NCBI GenBank assembly: GCA_965237955.1
Contig: OZ250169.1
Location: 3,520,001 to 3,584,000, forward strand
Length of the DNA stretch: 64,000 bases
Reading direction: 5' to 3'
From: Candidatus Marinacidobacterales bacterium
GTDB taxonomy: Bacteria > Acidobacteriota > Vicinamibacteria > Marinacidobacterales > SMYC01
Positions 51,134 through 64,000 of this stretch are shown in pieces. The stretch's first letter is position 1. Each line of letters opens with the position of its first letter. The translations under genes were made by a program, and so were the position numbers. Under the pieces are notes generated by a model. That model was not told where the DNA came from. It did no database searches and was given only the letters and a program-made list of their open reading frames with translations.

Positions 51134-52648
51134 ATGCCGCGACTCACCGCGTTTGGAGTTCTGTTGGCGTGGGCAGCCTGTACGACGTCGCCGCCGGAGG
51201 CGCCTGCCGAGCCCGACCGGCCCAATGTTCTCGTAATCTTCTACGATCAATACCGCCCTGACATCGTCGGGGCCTACGGCGGGAAGAACATCACCACGCC
51301 GAACCTCGATCGCCTCGCCGAAGAAGGCGTGCTGTTCACCAACGCGCTCTCGACAACTCCAGTGTGTACTCCATATCGCGGCATGATCATGACCGGACGT
51401 TACCCGACACACACGGGAATCATGCTGAACTTTCTCGAGGCCAACACATCGCAAACGAATATCGCCGATGTGTTCTCGGCAAGCGGCTATCGCACCGCGT
51501 TCATGGGCAAGTGGCATCTTGCCGCGGGCAGCCACAAGATGGCGTGGGTCGGACAAGAACAAGGCTCGTGGGAGCACGCGCAGCCTTACGTCGATGAGAA
51601 TCCCCACTATAACTTCGTGCCTCCCGGACCCGCCCGACTCGGTTTCGAGGATTGGGCCGCGTTCAACTTCCACGTCGATTTCCTCGCCGCCCCGTACTAC
51701 CGCAACGAGCGTGAGAAGCTCATCATGGACGGCTACGAGTCGGACGCGTTGACCGACATGGCGATCGACTACATGGAGGAAGCACGACTGGCCGACGCAC
51801 CGTTTTTCATCATGGTCGGGCCGCATCCGCCCCACTCGCCCTTCGATCGGCTGCCGGAAGGCTACCTCGAACAGGTGCCCGAGACGCTTCACTGGGACGA
51901 CAACGTGCCGGAGGAAATGCAGACTGGGAAAAACCTAGAGGAAGCCCGCGCGTACTACGCGATGGCGAAAAACGCGGACGACAACATGGGGCGCATGCTC
52001 GACTATCTCGACGAGTCCGGATTGACCGACGACACGGTCATCGTCTTTACGTCCGATCACGGCTCGATGCTGGGAAGCCACGGACGCCGCAACAAGATGG
52101 TCCCTTACGACGAGGCGGTACAGGTGCCGCTTCTCATGCGTTGGCCGGGCCGGTTGACGTCTGGCTCTCGCACCGACACGCTCCAGACGCCTCTCGACCA
52201 CATGCCGACGCTTATCGCGATGGCGGGCCTCGAGGTGCCGGACGGACTGGACGGGATCGACCTCAGCCACGAGCTACTCGACGGGAGCTCCGTCGAGCGC
52301 GAGGCAGTATTAATGAGCAACTACACCGCGCACTTGGACTACTACATGACCGCGACCCAGCCCGGTGGCAACTGGCCGGAGTGGCGCGGAGTGAAGTCGA
52401 AGCAATACACCTACGCGCGATGGATCACGGGCGAGACCGAGCTTTACGACGATCTGGCCGATCCCGAGCAATTGAACGACTTGAGCGACGACCCGGCTCA
52501 CGCGGCCGCCGTGGAAGAGCTGGAGGCGACGCTTCAGAAACTCCTCGCCGAAGCGCACGATGAGTTCTTGCCCGGAAATGCCTTCGTCGATTGGGTTGAT
52601 CGGGAGCGCAACATTATTAAGACAGGCCTCCGACCCGTCGCGCCATAA
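51134..52648 (+). CDS. Formylglycine-dependent (Cys-type) sulfatase, probable lipoprotein
   Basis: RPNVLVIFYDQ, CTPYR (CxPxR), TGRYP, GKWHL, PHPPH and FTSDHG motifs; WAAC lipobox. Confidence 0.95.
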   Translation: MPRLTAFGVLLAWAACTTSPPEAPAEPDRPNVLVIFYDQYRPDIVGAYGGKNITTPNLDRLAEEGVLFTNALSTTPVCTPYRGMIMTGRYPTHTGIMLNFLEANTSQTNIADVFSASGYRTAFMGKWHLAAGSHKMAWVGQEQGSWEHAQPYVDENPHYNFVPPGPARLGFEDWAAFNFHVDFLAAPYYRNEREKLIMDGYESDALTDMAIDYMEEARLADAPFFIMVGPHPPHSPFDRLPEGYLEQVPETLHWDDNVPEEMQTGKNLEEARAYYAMAKNADDNMGRMLDYLDESGLTDDTVIVFTSDHGSMLGSHGRRNKMVPYDEAVQVPLLMRWPGRLTSGSRTDTLQTPLDHMPTLIAMAGLEVPDGLDGIDLSHELLDGSSVEREAVLMSNYTAHLDYYMTATQPGGNWPEWRGVKSKQYTYARWITGETELYDDLADPEQLNDLSDDPAHAAAVEELEATLQKLLAEAHDEFLPGNAFVDWVDRERNIIKTGLRPVAP

Positions 52649-52739
52649 CCGTGGCACTCCCTCGCCTCTGCTCTACGAGAACATTCTGTCTCGTGAAGAG
52701 GCACAGAGGGTATCGCGACCCGTACCGCATTTCGGAGGA

Positions 52740-53395
52740 CTAGTCCGTCTCGCGCGCCAGTCCTGTCCGCAGGATCTCCTCGACCTCGTCGGGATCGAAG
52801 TAGAACGGACCCATCCCACCTTTATAAATGATGCGGCCGTCGGTCCCGACGACGTAGAGTCGCTCCGGCCACGCCGCGTAGCACGCCATCGCTGTGTTGT
52901 TGATGTCGTCGAGCAGCGTTTCCGTCTCTCGACATCCATCTGGTCGACGAAGGCGCGTGCGAGCTCCCTGCGCTCTTCGGTGGTCGTGGGCTGGGTGTAG
53001 ACGACGCCACTCTCCTCGTTGGACTCCATCTGCCACTCGTCGTCGGGATGGGCTTCTTTGATGTACACGATGACGAAGTTCGCGACGTCGCTGTACTTCT
53101 TTTCCAGCTCTTCGATCTGCGCCAGCCTGGCGCGAAATGGTGGTCACGTGTAGCTACCGAACGTCAGCACGAGTGGTTTGTCGGCGTAGAGATCCGAGAT
53201 GCGATGCATCTGCCCACCGTCGGTCGCAAGTAGCTCGACATTTGGGGCCAAATCCCCAACCTGGAGCGACCCCTCGGAACGGATGTCGTACTCGTTGATA
53301 CGGATCCAGGCGCGTTTCTGGGCTTCCATGAAGCCCCAACCGCCAAGAGCCGCGACGATCAGCACCGCCAAAATGGCTCCAATCCACTTCTTCAT
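52740..53395 (-). CDS. Iodothyronine deiodinase-like selenoprotein (FGSYTUPPF), N-terminal TM anchor; 2-nt frameshift at ~52927
   Basis: KPLVLTFGSYT-UGA-PPFR, VYIKEAHPDDEW, YAAWPERLYVV and IIYKGGMGPF motifs reassembled from three ORF fragments. Confidence 0.88.
53119..53146 (-). promoter_or_regulatory. Putative bacterial SECIS hairpin
   Basis: UGA, 10 nt, then GCGCCA-GGC-UGGCGC. Confidence 0.65.
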
Positions 53396-53507
53396 CGCAT
53401 CCTCCTACTGATGGCTAGCGGCCGGCCGAGCGATTTTAAACGAAACGCACAACCAACTCCTCGGCCTCTTCGCTAATGCGTGGTCGCCTGCTTCTATCCT
53501 TGCCTGT

Positions 53508-56642
<3,135 letters not shown>

Positions 56643-56885
56643 GCTATATACCTCCCAAATCGAGGCATCCTACCCGACGTGATATGAGAAGTATATGAAG
56701 CTTCTGCTGCCGCTCCTGATGACGACCAGTCTTGCCGCCCTCGCCCACCTCTGCTATCGTCCCGGAGCTAGGCCCTGGAATGTCTCCGCCTTCATCGGGC
56801 TGTCTTCGGCCTGGGTGGACTGAGCGAAGAGTACCCTGAAGCCCCACCGTGGGCCCTTAGCTACTGAAGCCGATTTCGATGCTCC

Positions 56886-58317
56886 CCGTCCTGTGCCAAA
56901 ACTCGGCCCTTTTGAAATAGGCCATAAATCAACAGCTTAGTGTCTGTGTTTGCGCCGGGGCCAAGGGCCGTAGGCTTTACAATCGTCTGGCCCGAGGGTG
57001 TTATCTTCAGATCCATGATGACGTACCACGTGCAATTCCTACTGCTCGTTCTAGCTGGCTGGGTCAACCGCCAGCAGCAGGATGTGATCGACTACCAGCA
57101 AGAGGAGAACCGTGTGCTCCGAGCTGGGCTTCGGGGCAAGCGTCTCAGTCTCTCGGACGACGAGCGGCGCAGGCTCGCCGTCAAGGCCCAGGCTTTGGGC
57201 CGCGAGGCGCTGGCCCAGATTGCGTCCGTTGCCACACCCGCTACGCTTCTGCGTTGGTACCGCTGCCTCATCGCAGCCAAGTACGATGGCAGCAAGAACC
57301 GGAGCCCAGGCCGACCTCCCACGGCGAAGGACATCCGTGAGTTCATGGTACGCATGGCGCGGGAGAACCCGACGTGGGGATATACGCGCCTGCGAGGCGC
57401 ACTCAAGAACCTAGGACATGAACTCGGACGCAACACTATCAAGAGGCTCCTCGCCGACCACGGTATCGCGCCTGCCCCGGAGCGGGGCAAGAGCATGTCG
57501 TGGAGCACCTTCATCAAGGCTCATTGGGGCGCCATCGCTGCGACAGACCTGTTCACCGTCGAGGTTGTGAACCCGTTCGGGCTCGTCCGCTACCATGTCC
57601 TGTTTGTCATCGATATCGCCACTCGCTGCGTGTGCATCGGTGGGATAACGTCGGACCCCAACGGGGAGTGGATGAAGCAGGTGGCAAGAAACTTCACTGA
57701 CATGTGGAATGGTTTCCTCCTTGGCAAGCGATACCTCATCCACGACCGGGACCCACTATTCACCGAGGCGGTACGTGGGCTGTTGAGAGATTCAGGCGTG
57801 AAGCCCCTGCGCCTTCCCGCCAATAGTCCGAATCTGAACGCATACGCGGAAAGATTCGTTCTCTCCATACGTCGAGAGTGTCTCGACCGCTTCGTACCTC
57901 TCAGTGAGCGACACCTGCGCACAGCGGTAACCGAATACGTAGTGCACTATCACAACAGAACGGAACCACCAAGGTCTCGGCAACGAGCTCCTCACACCTC
58001 TGCCGGCAAGCGCGAATGACGCTGGCCCCATCGTGTCGCGAGAGCGACTTGGGGGCATTCTCAACTACTACTGCCGTGCCGCGTAGATGGTCGCCGGCGA
58101 CGGTAGCCCCTCGGCGGGCTCGACCGGCGTAGCGTGGAAACAGCTTCAGGAACATGCTTCGATATTCGCTCTCGACTAGGTGGTCATCTGCATGGTGACG
58201 ACCCGCCTGCCCAAGACGATTGTAAAGCCCACGGCCCTTGGCCCGGTCGCAAACACAGACACTAAGTTGCTGATTTATGGCCTATTTCAAAAAAGGCCGA
58301 GTTTTGGCACAGGACGG
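56886..58317 (+). mobile_element. Full-length rve-type (IS481/IS3-related) IS, type 1, with ~103-bp TIRs; transposase 57015-58086, frameshifted ~57955
   Basis: ENPTWGY, ATDLFTV, LIHDRD and [18 protein letters not shown] motifs; 56886-56988 is inverted at 58214-58317. Confidence 0.9.
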
Positions 58318-58403
58318 GATGCCAAGGTGGAGCCGATCCGGAGGTTCTGTGTTGGCGTCAGCGGTTTTTCTTTCGAGGTCAACGATCGCGCGTTGAAGCG
58401 TTT

Positions 58404-59291
58404 CTAAGTGATTCTGCCCCGCTTCGATGCGTACGTTTGTAGCCACTTCACAACGCCATCAAAGTCTCGACCGTCGAGACTAGGCTCAGTAAGAATGAAT
58501 TTGGTCGCTGCTGGCGTGAAGCTCGATGTGGTTACAACAATCCCTTTCGTCGCACGAGTCGAACCATGCGTGATGACGCCAAGGAGCGCCCGGGCGATGT
58601 CCGGTCCGACCGGTCGGTCTTGGGCGTAACGCTTGCACTCGAAGGCACATACCATTGAAATCCCATGCACCGTCATAGTTGCGACGACGTCTCGGCCTTC
58701 ATCGCCTGATAGGGGGGTCAGGACAACATTCTCGAACCCAAGCTCATCGACTAGCGCCGCGATGAAACTCTCGAAGTCCCGCGCCTCTAGCGCTCGCATT
58801 GTCTCGGGATCGCGCAGCACCCTGTCAAGCGCACAAATAGGAGCGAATTCCACCTGTTGCAGTCTGTCAAGAGTTTCGGGCGGCACCAATTCGACGAGTT
58901 GACCGTGGATCTGTTTCTCCAAATCCTCATTTGGTTTGTCCTCGTCATACTCGAGGTCTAACTCTCCGACGGTCGAAGCATCCGCAACGGCGTCGCTGAG
59001 TCTGAGGTAGGCGGGTCCAAGATGCTCCCAGTCCGTCGCGGAGAGCGCCGCGCTCAGATCCGGAAGGGCTCGAACGGCATACCCCAGAGCGTGGCTGGTC
59101 GCCCGAAGAGACTGGAGATCAGGTATCGAAGCCTGGAAGGCCTGGTAATGCTCTGCCAGTTCGGCTGCTCGAATTCCGAAGCGGTCGTCGAGAAGCAAGC
59201 GCAGGGTCATATCGCTTTCGATCTGACGGCGGATTGGTTCGAAGCTGTCGAGCATCCGCTGGATTTGTCGAACGGCGTCCAGGTAGTTCAT
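58404..59291 (-). CDS. Mrr-like (type IV) restriction endonuclease domain protein
   Basis: FESFIAAL, SGDEGRDVVA, FECKRY and GIVVTTSSFT Mrr_cat motifs. Confidence 0.85.
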   Translation of the reverse strand: MNYLDAVRQIQRMLDSFEPIRRQIESDMTLRLLLDDRFGIRAAELAEHYQAFQASIPDLQSLRATSHALGYAVRALPDLSAALSATDWEHLGPAYLRLSDAVADASTVGELDLEYDEDKPNEDLEKQIHGQLVELVPPETLDRLQQVEFAPICALDRVLRDPETMRALEARDFESFIAALVDELGFENVVLTPLSGDEGRDVVATMTVHGISMVCAFECKRYAQDRPVGPDIARALLGVITHGSTRATKGIVVTTSSFTPAATKFILTEPSLDGRDFDGVVKWLQTYASKRGRIT

Positions 59292-59739
59292 TCAACACTG
59301 CATGTTAGGTCGTTCCTGCGGCTAGGTCCACTACCCCTCGAACCGTACGGGCTCATCGTCGGCCCGCCGCAACGATCGACACCGTCAGGGACATCGGGCG
59401 CCTCACGTTCTCGCGTAAAGGCGTCCTGTCCAATAACACAAACCAACTCAAGACCGGTGCGCCGGACCGGGAATCGGTTATCAATGACGGTTATCACCCG
59501 TTGAGAGTCTGATTGCCGAAGACCGTCGATTTTCCCCAATAATCGGGTGCTCCAGGCCAATCGTCAACGTCGGAGCGATAACCGAAACGCAGGGGAGAGG
59601 AATTTCGTGATTTTCCTGACACTGATTTAACCGGCGCCGTCATGTGCCGGTCCCCGCATGCCCGTCTGGTCAAAATACTCGAACGCCCAGCGGGTCAGCA
59701 GTTTGCACCTTTCCAAGGACTGCTTGAATCCGTCATGCG

Positions 59740-60004
59740 GGTGCTTCCGCCATTAAATGTTGGTGAGATGACGCTAAGGCTTCACGCTGCATTAAAGTAC
59801 AGCCAGCGCTCTCGACCTTCGCCGCACGCTAAATGGAGCGGAAGCTCTTTTTTGCAAAGGGATACGTACACATCACCAACAGCAAACAGCGCACCGTCTG
59901 GTCAAAAATAGCGCTCTCGACCTTCGCCGCACGCTAAATGGAGCGGAAGCTCTTTTTTGCAAAGGGATACGTACACATCACCAACAGCAAACAGCGCAAG
60001 CACC
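59740..60004 (+). mobile_element. MITE type A, complete, with an internal 89-bp direct duplication
   Basis: Ends GGTGCTTCCGC...TGTTGGTGA / TCACCAACA...GCGCAAGCACC; 59805-59893 is identical to 59910-59998. Confidence 0.7.
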
Positions 60005-60025
60005 CGCGAGATAATAGAATGAGCC

Positions 60026-61483
60026 ATGACACGTATCGCCATAGTCGGAGGCGGCATCAACGGTCTCGTGGCCGCGAACTATCTCGCGCGCGGCGGAGCC
60101 GACGTCACCCTGCACGAACGACGCGCGCACGTCGGCGGCGCGTGCGTTTCCGAAGCGGTCACCGTCGACGGTGTCGACTACGAGTTTCCGCTCGGGGCCA
60201 CCGTGCTCGGGTTCATGCAGGACTTCGTGCTCGAAGAGACCGGCCTTTCGAGTCGGCTCGAGACGTGGGCGCCCCCGCACCCGAAGCTTGTTCACTTCCC
60301 GGGCGTTCCCGAGCCCGTGTACATCCACCGCGACCCCCAAGCACTAGAGCAAGAGCTTCGCGACAAGTGCGGCGAGCAAGGGAACGTCGCCGACTTCCGC
60401 TCGGACGAAGCACGCGTAGTCGCGTTTCTACGAGACGGTTATCGCGCGGCCCGCGCACCGAGCCTTGAAGACGCGCGTCGAGACCTCGGAGAAGAGCTGA
60501 CCGAGCGCTTCATCGAAGGCTCCGCGCGCGCGCTCCTCGATCACTCCTTCACTTCGGATCTCACCAAGTTGTATATGGCGATGACCGTCATCGAGAGCGG
60601 TCCGGTATCGCTGGACGCGCCGTTGTCAGCTTTCAACGTGCCGCTCCTCGATTCGGGCTCGGTGTTCGGTGGCTACTACGGATTCGTCAAGGGTGGCATC
60701 TGGAAGATCACCGAGGAGCTCGCGCGGATCAACGTCGCGCTCGGCGTGAGCATGAAGACGTCGTCACCGATCGCGAGCGTCGATGACTTGGACGCGGACA
60801 TCGTCGTCCTCGCCACCGACCCCGTGACCGCGGCGAAGCTCTGCGGACAGCCGGCGCCCGAGCGGCACTACCTGGGAACATCCGGCAAGCTCACGCTGTT
60901 GTTCCGCGAGCCGGTGCGCTGGAAAGATTCGCCGGAAACGGACACCGCATTCCGCTTCATCTTTTCGAACGATTCGCTCGACTCCATGGAGAACGGCGCG
61001 CAACGCGTCGTAACCGAGTCCGATTTCGAGCCCGGCTACATCCAGCTCTATTGCGATGGCGCTGGCATGCGCCACATGGGAGTCGACGAGCCCTACGAGC
61101 GCGTGATCGCGTTTTTCAAGAACGTGCGCTTCGCCAAGCGCGGAGACGAGTTGCCCGACGTCGCCCACTTCATCCGAGAAACCGTGCTCGCGAATATCGA
61201 CAACTCCGGCGATCTCGCATGGTCACGCATGTTGTCCCCGCTCGATCTCAAAGAGCGGTTCCTGTTCCCCGAAGGAAACATCGATCACACGATGATGACT
61301 GAAGGGCAGAACTTCTGTCACCGGCATTTTTCGACCGATCCGGACGCGAGCTTCTACCGATTCGGCGCGAACGACGACATCTACTATTGTGGCGCTGCGG
61401 GCTACCCCGGAGGCTCGGTAGCGGGGACCACGGGCTACATGTGCGCCCAGCAGATCCTGAGATCGCGTAGTCCGAACAGGTGA
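60026..61483 (+). CDS. FAD-dependent oxidoreductase, phytoene desaturase-like
   Basis: IVGGGINGLVAANYLA, ERRAHVGGAC, VKGG, PEGNIDH and YYCGAAGYPGGSVAG motifs. Confidence 0.88.
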   Translation: MTRIAIVGGGINGLVAANYLARGGADVTLHERRAHVGGACVSEAVTVDGVDYEFPLGATVLGFMQDFVLEETGLSSRLETWAPPHPKLVHFPGVPEPVYIHRDPQALEQELRDKCGEQGNVADFRSDEARVVAFLRDGYRAARAPSLEDARRDLGEELTERFIEGSARALLDHSFTSDLTKLYMAMTVIESGPVSLDAPLSAFNVPLLDSGSVFGGYYGFVKGGIWKITEELARINVALGVSMKTSSPIASVDDLDADIVVLATDPVTAAKLCGQPAPERHYLGTSGKLTLLFREPVRWKDSPETDTAFRFIFSNDSLDSMENGAQRVVTESDFEPGYIQLYCDGAGMRHMGVDEPYERVIAFFKNVRFAKRGDELPDVAHFIRETVLANIDNSGDLAWSRMLSPLDLKERFLFPEGNIDHTMMTEGQNFCHRHFSTDPDASFYRFGANDDIYYCGAAGYPGGSVAGTTGYMCAQQILRSRSPNR

Positions 61484-61583
61484 TGCTCGACGGCTGCCCG
61501 GTCTTCCGGGGTCGCGAAGTAGGCTCCGCTTGACGCATCCGAGGGGCACCGGTAACCTGGCGCCGCCAGACAGGGAGGTTAGA

Positions 61584-61962
61584 ATGAAAAGCTCAACTAC
61601 CGTGCTAGTCTTCGCGCTGGTCGCCGCTTTTTCGCTGGCGGCCGCGGATACCGACCAGATCCCCGCCGAAGGGGGGATGATCGCCATCACCCCTATCACG
61701 CACGGAAGCGTGCAGGTCGAGTTCGGTGGCAAAGTCATCCAGGTCGACCCCTGGAGCGACGGAGACTACAGCGCCGCTAAGAAGGCGGATTTGATCCTGG
61801 TCACGGACATTCATGGCGACCACCTCGATCCAGAAGCGATTACAAACATCAAGAAAGACGGGGCGGCGATCGTCGTGCCCTCCGCCGCAGCGGACAAAGT
61901 CGAAGGCGAGACGATCCTCTCCAACGGGGAAACGAAAGAAGTGGTCGGCGTCCGCATCGACG
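61584..61962 (+). pseudogene. Secreted MBL-fold metallohydrolase, truncated by an rve IS
   Basis: GGAGG RBS, signal peptide, THGSV, VDPW and ILVTDIHGDH motifs. Confidence 0.85.
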
Positions 61963-62343
61963 CCGTCCTGTGCCAAAACTCGGCCCTTTTGAAATAGGCC
62001 ATAAATCAACAGCTTAGTGTCTGTGTTTGCGCCGGGGCCAAGGGCCGTAGGCTTTACAATCGTCTGGCCCGAGGGTGTTATCTTCAGATCCATGATGACG
62101 TACCACGTGCAATTCCTACTGCTCGTTCTAGCTGGCTGGGTCAACCGCCAGCAGCAGGATGTGATCGACTACCTGCAAGAGGAGAACCGTGTGCTCCGAG
62201 CCGGGCTTCGGGGCAAGCGTCTCAGTCTCTCGGACGACGAGCGGCGCAGGCTCGCGGTCAAGGCCCAGGCTTTGGGCCGCGAGGCGCTGGCCCAGATTGC
62301 GTCCGTTGCCACACCCGCTACGCTTCTGCGCTGGTACCGCCAC
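61963..62343 (+). mobile_element. rve type 1 IS, left part only
   Basis: Near-identical to 56886-57262; interrupted by the type 2 element. Confidence 0.9.
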
Positions 62344-63694
62344 CCGTCCTGTCCGAAAATGCGAACGGAGCCGAAAGCTCGAATCCTGGAGACGTTCTCG
62401 AGATTCGCGGAGACCAGCCGACACGGCACTGGCTCTGCGATAGGCACTCCCGAGCAGACCTCTCCCGCAGACCATCCGTTTCGTCCAGCTGGCGCGCCCG
62501 AACTCCTATGCGGCGGCGCGGTGGTAATAACTGAGCAAACCGCCCAATCGCTTACGACATCGCACCTTCCCGTGAGGACTGCCGACGCATTCTTCCGCTT
62601 CGAGCAACGCGTTCCCGAGCCCTTGATGGTTGCGCTCTCCGTGATAATGATGGATGAACTCAGCGACGGCACGGCGCAGCGATTGCTCACTGAAGAAGAT
62701 CATCCGCTCCAAGCACTCGCTCTTGATCGACAAAACAAACCTTTCGACGTAAGCGTTCAGATTCGGCGAACGGTGCGGCAGCCGAATGACGTCCGTTCCG
62801 GCGTGCTTGAGCAAATCGCGAAACTCCGTGGTGAACTTCTTGTCGCGGTCCAGGATGAGGAATCGCTTGCTGCGCAGAAAGCCGTCGAATGGGTAGGTGA
62901 GATTCCGACCGACCTGCATCATGAACGCGCCGTCCGGCCCGGGAGTTATTCCGGCAATGTGTACTTTTCGCGAAGACAGCTCGATGACGACGAGCACATA
63001 GTAGGTCACGAGCCTGCGAACTGTGGCGACCTCGACGGTGAAGAAGTCGGTCGCAGCAACGGTTTCCCAATGGGCGGCGAGAAACGTGCGCCATGGCGTC
63101 CGCTCACTTCGCTCCGGCGCAGGCTCGATGCCATGTTCTCGCAGAATATTGGCGATGGTGCTCCTGGCTACGGTATGGCCGAGATTCGAGAGGGCGCCGC
63201 GAATGCGTGTATACCCCCACCTCGGATTCGACTTCGCCATCCCCTACGACAAGCTTGCTAATCTCGGCCATGACCCGGGGCCGTCCGGGCTGTTTCCGCC
63301 GCTCGCTGTAGTTCCACTTCCGCGCAATCAGCCTTCGGTGCCAAGCCAGCAGGGTTTCCGGTGTGACGATACCGGCGACTTCTGCCAAGAGTTTCCGGCC
63401 AAGCGCCTTACCCTTTACCGCGAGCCGACGTCGCTCATCGTCTGTGAGACGAAGCCTCCTCCCGCAGAGCCGAGCTTTGAGGACTTTGTTCTCCTCGAGC
63501 AAGTAGACGATAGCGGCCTGTTGGTCACGCTGGAGCCAACCAGCGATTGCGACGACCAACAGTGTCAAGGGCTGGACCGGCGTGCTCATGACCGAGGATT
63601 CTAGCTCCCATTGGCCAATCAAGCGTAGATACGTCTATTCCGAAACGTCCCGGCGAGCTGGTCTTGAGTTCGTTTGTGTTTTTGGACAGGACGG
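62344..63694 (-). mobile_element. rve type 2 IS; transposase 62506-63589, frameshifted in a C run at ~63241
   Basis: ~26-bp TIRs CCGTCCTGTCC(G/A)AAAA; [13 protein letters not shown] and NAYVERFV motifs. Confidence 0.88.
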
Positions 63695-63726
63695 GCCCGT
63701 ATACATCTTCAGCGGAGGGAGTTGCG

Positions 63727-64000
63727 ATGGACTGGAAGACCAGGCTGACCTAACATCTCAGGGTCCGTGGATGAGGAGTTGCTCCTGCGCAACGGGTATC
63801 TTGTGGCCGAGAATCGATTTTTCGAAATCAGATCCAAGGGCGCTTGCGCCCGACCGATGGCGAAGGGCGGTCTCTGGCGGAGCTCGGAAAGCGCCTGCAG
63901 CGACCTGTTACATCAGTCCGAGCGCAAGGTGCGCTTCCGTGAACGGCTTGGCGGGTTGCTACGTTTCTACCATCGGGAAGTCGCACGAGTATTTTGACCT
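63727..64000 (+). pseudogene. Degenerate, internally deleted rve type 3 transposase
   Basis: MDWKT...VDEELLLRN.YLVAENR joined to RERLGGLLRFYHRE and the end motif GAGTATTTTGACCT. Confidence 0.7.

Noticed and set aside
59288-59320. GTTAGG/CCTAAC next to the Mrr gene as a cassette boundary
   Set aside because: No matching inverse core or attC palindrome at the other end of the gene.

Overview
GC-rich bacterial window; the gene content (VPS10/BNR proteins, sulfatases, TonB receptor, a Calx-beta fragment) suggests Acidobacteriota or a similar marine or host-associated lineage, by inference only. Bases 4.1-21.3 kb and 51-56.6 kb are mostly intact metabolic DNA. The rest is a mosaic of IS elements, MITEs and truncated genes. 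Main points: (1) A lysW-lysX-lysY-[class II amidotransferase/Ntn hydrolase]-lysZ-lysJ operon has no lysK. A gamma-glutamyl-hydrolase-like gene sits inside it, and it is divergent from an ACT-domain regulator and a PLP enzyme, with a tandem 18-bp operator-like palindrome between them. (2) Two selenoprotein candidates are split by the ORF track at in-frame UGA codons: an AhpD-like CxxU protein and an iodothyronine deiodinase-like FGSYTUPPF protein. Both have a SECIS-like hairpin 10 nt after the UGA, and a flavin iodotyrosine deiodinase lies next to the first. (3) An IS110/IS1111 element has a 3' non-coding end with visible guide segments matching its own target (a MITE terminal repeat) and its own donor junction, i.e. 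a readable bridge/seek RNA. (4) An rve-type IS family has about 103-bp TIRs with an IHF box and many deletion derivatives, some fused to a DUF2924/serine recombinase module. (5) Five co-oriented IS5 copies join unrelated truncated genes. Many small frameshifts, several in low-complexity runs, may be sequencing errors. All family assignments come from motif recognition; no database search was run.
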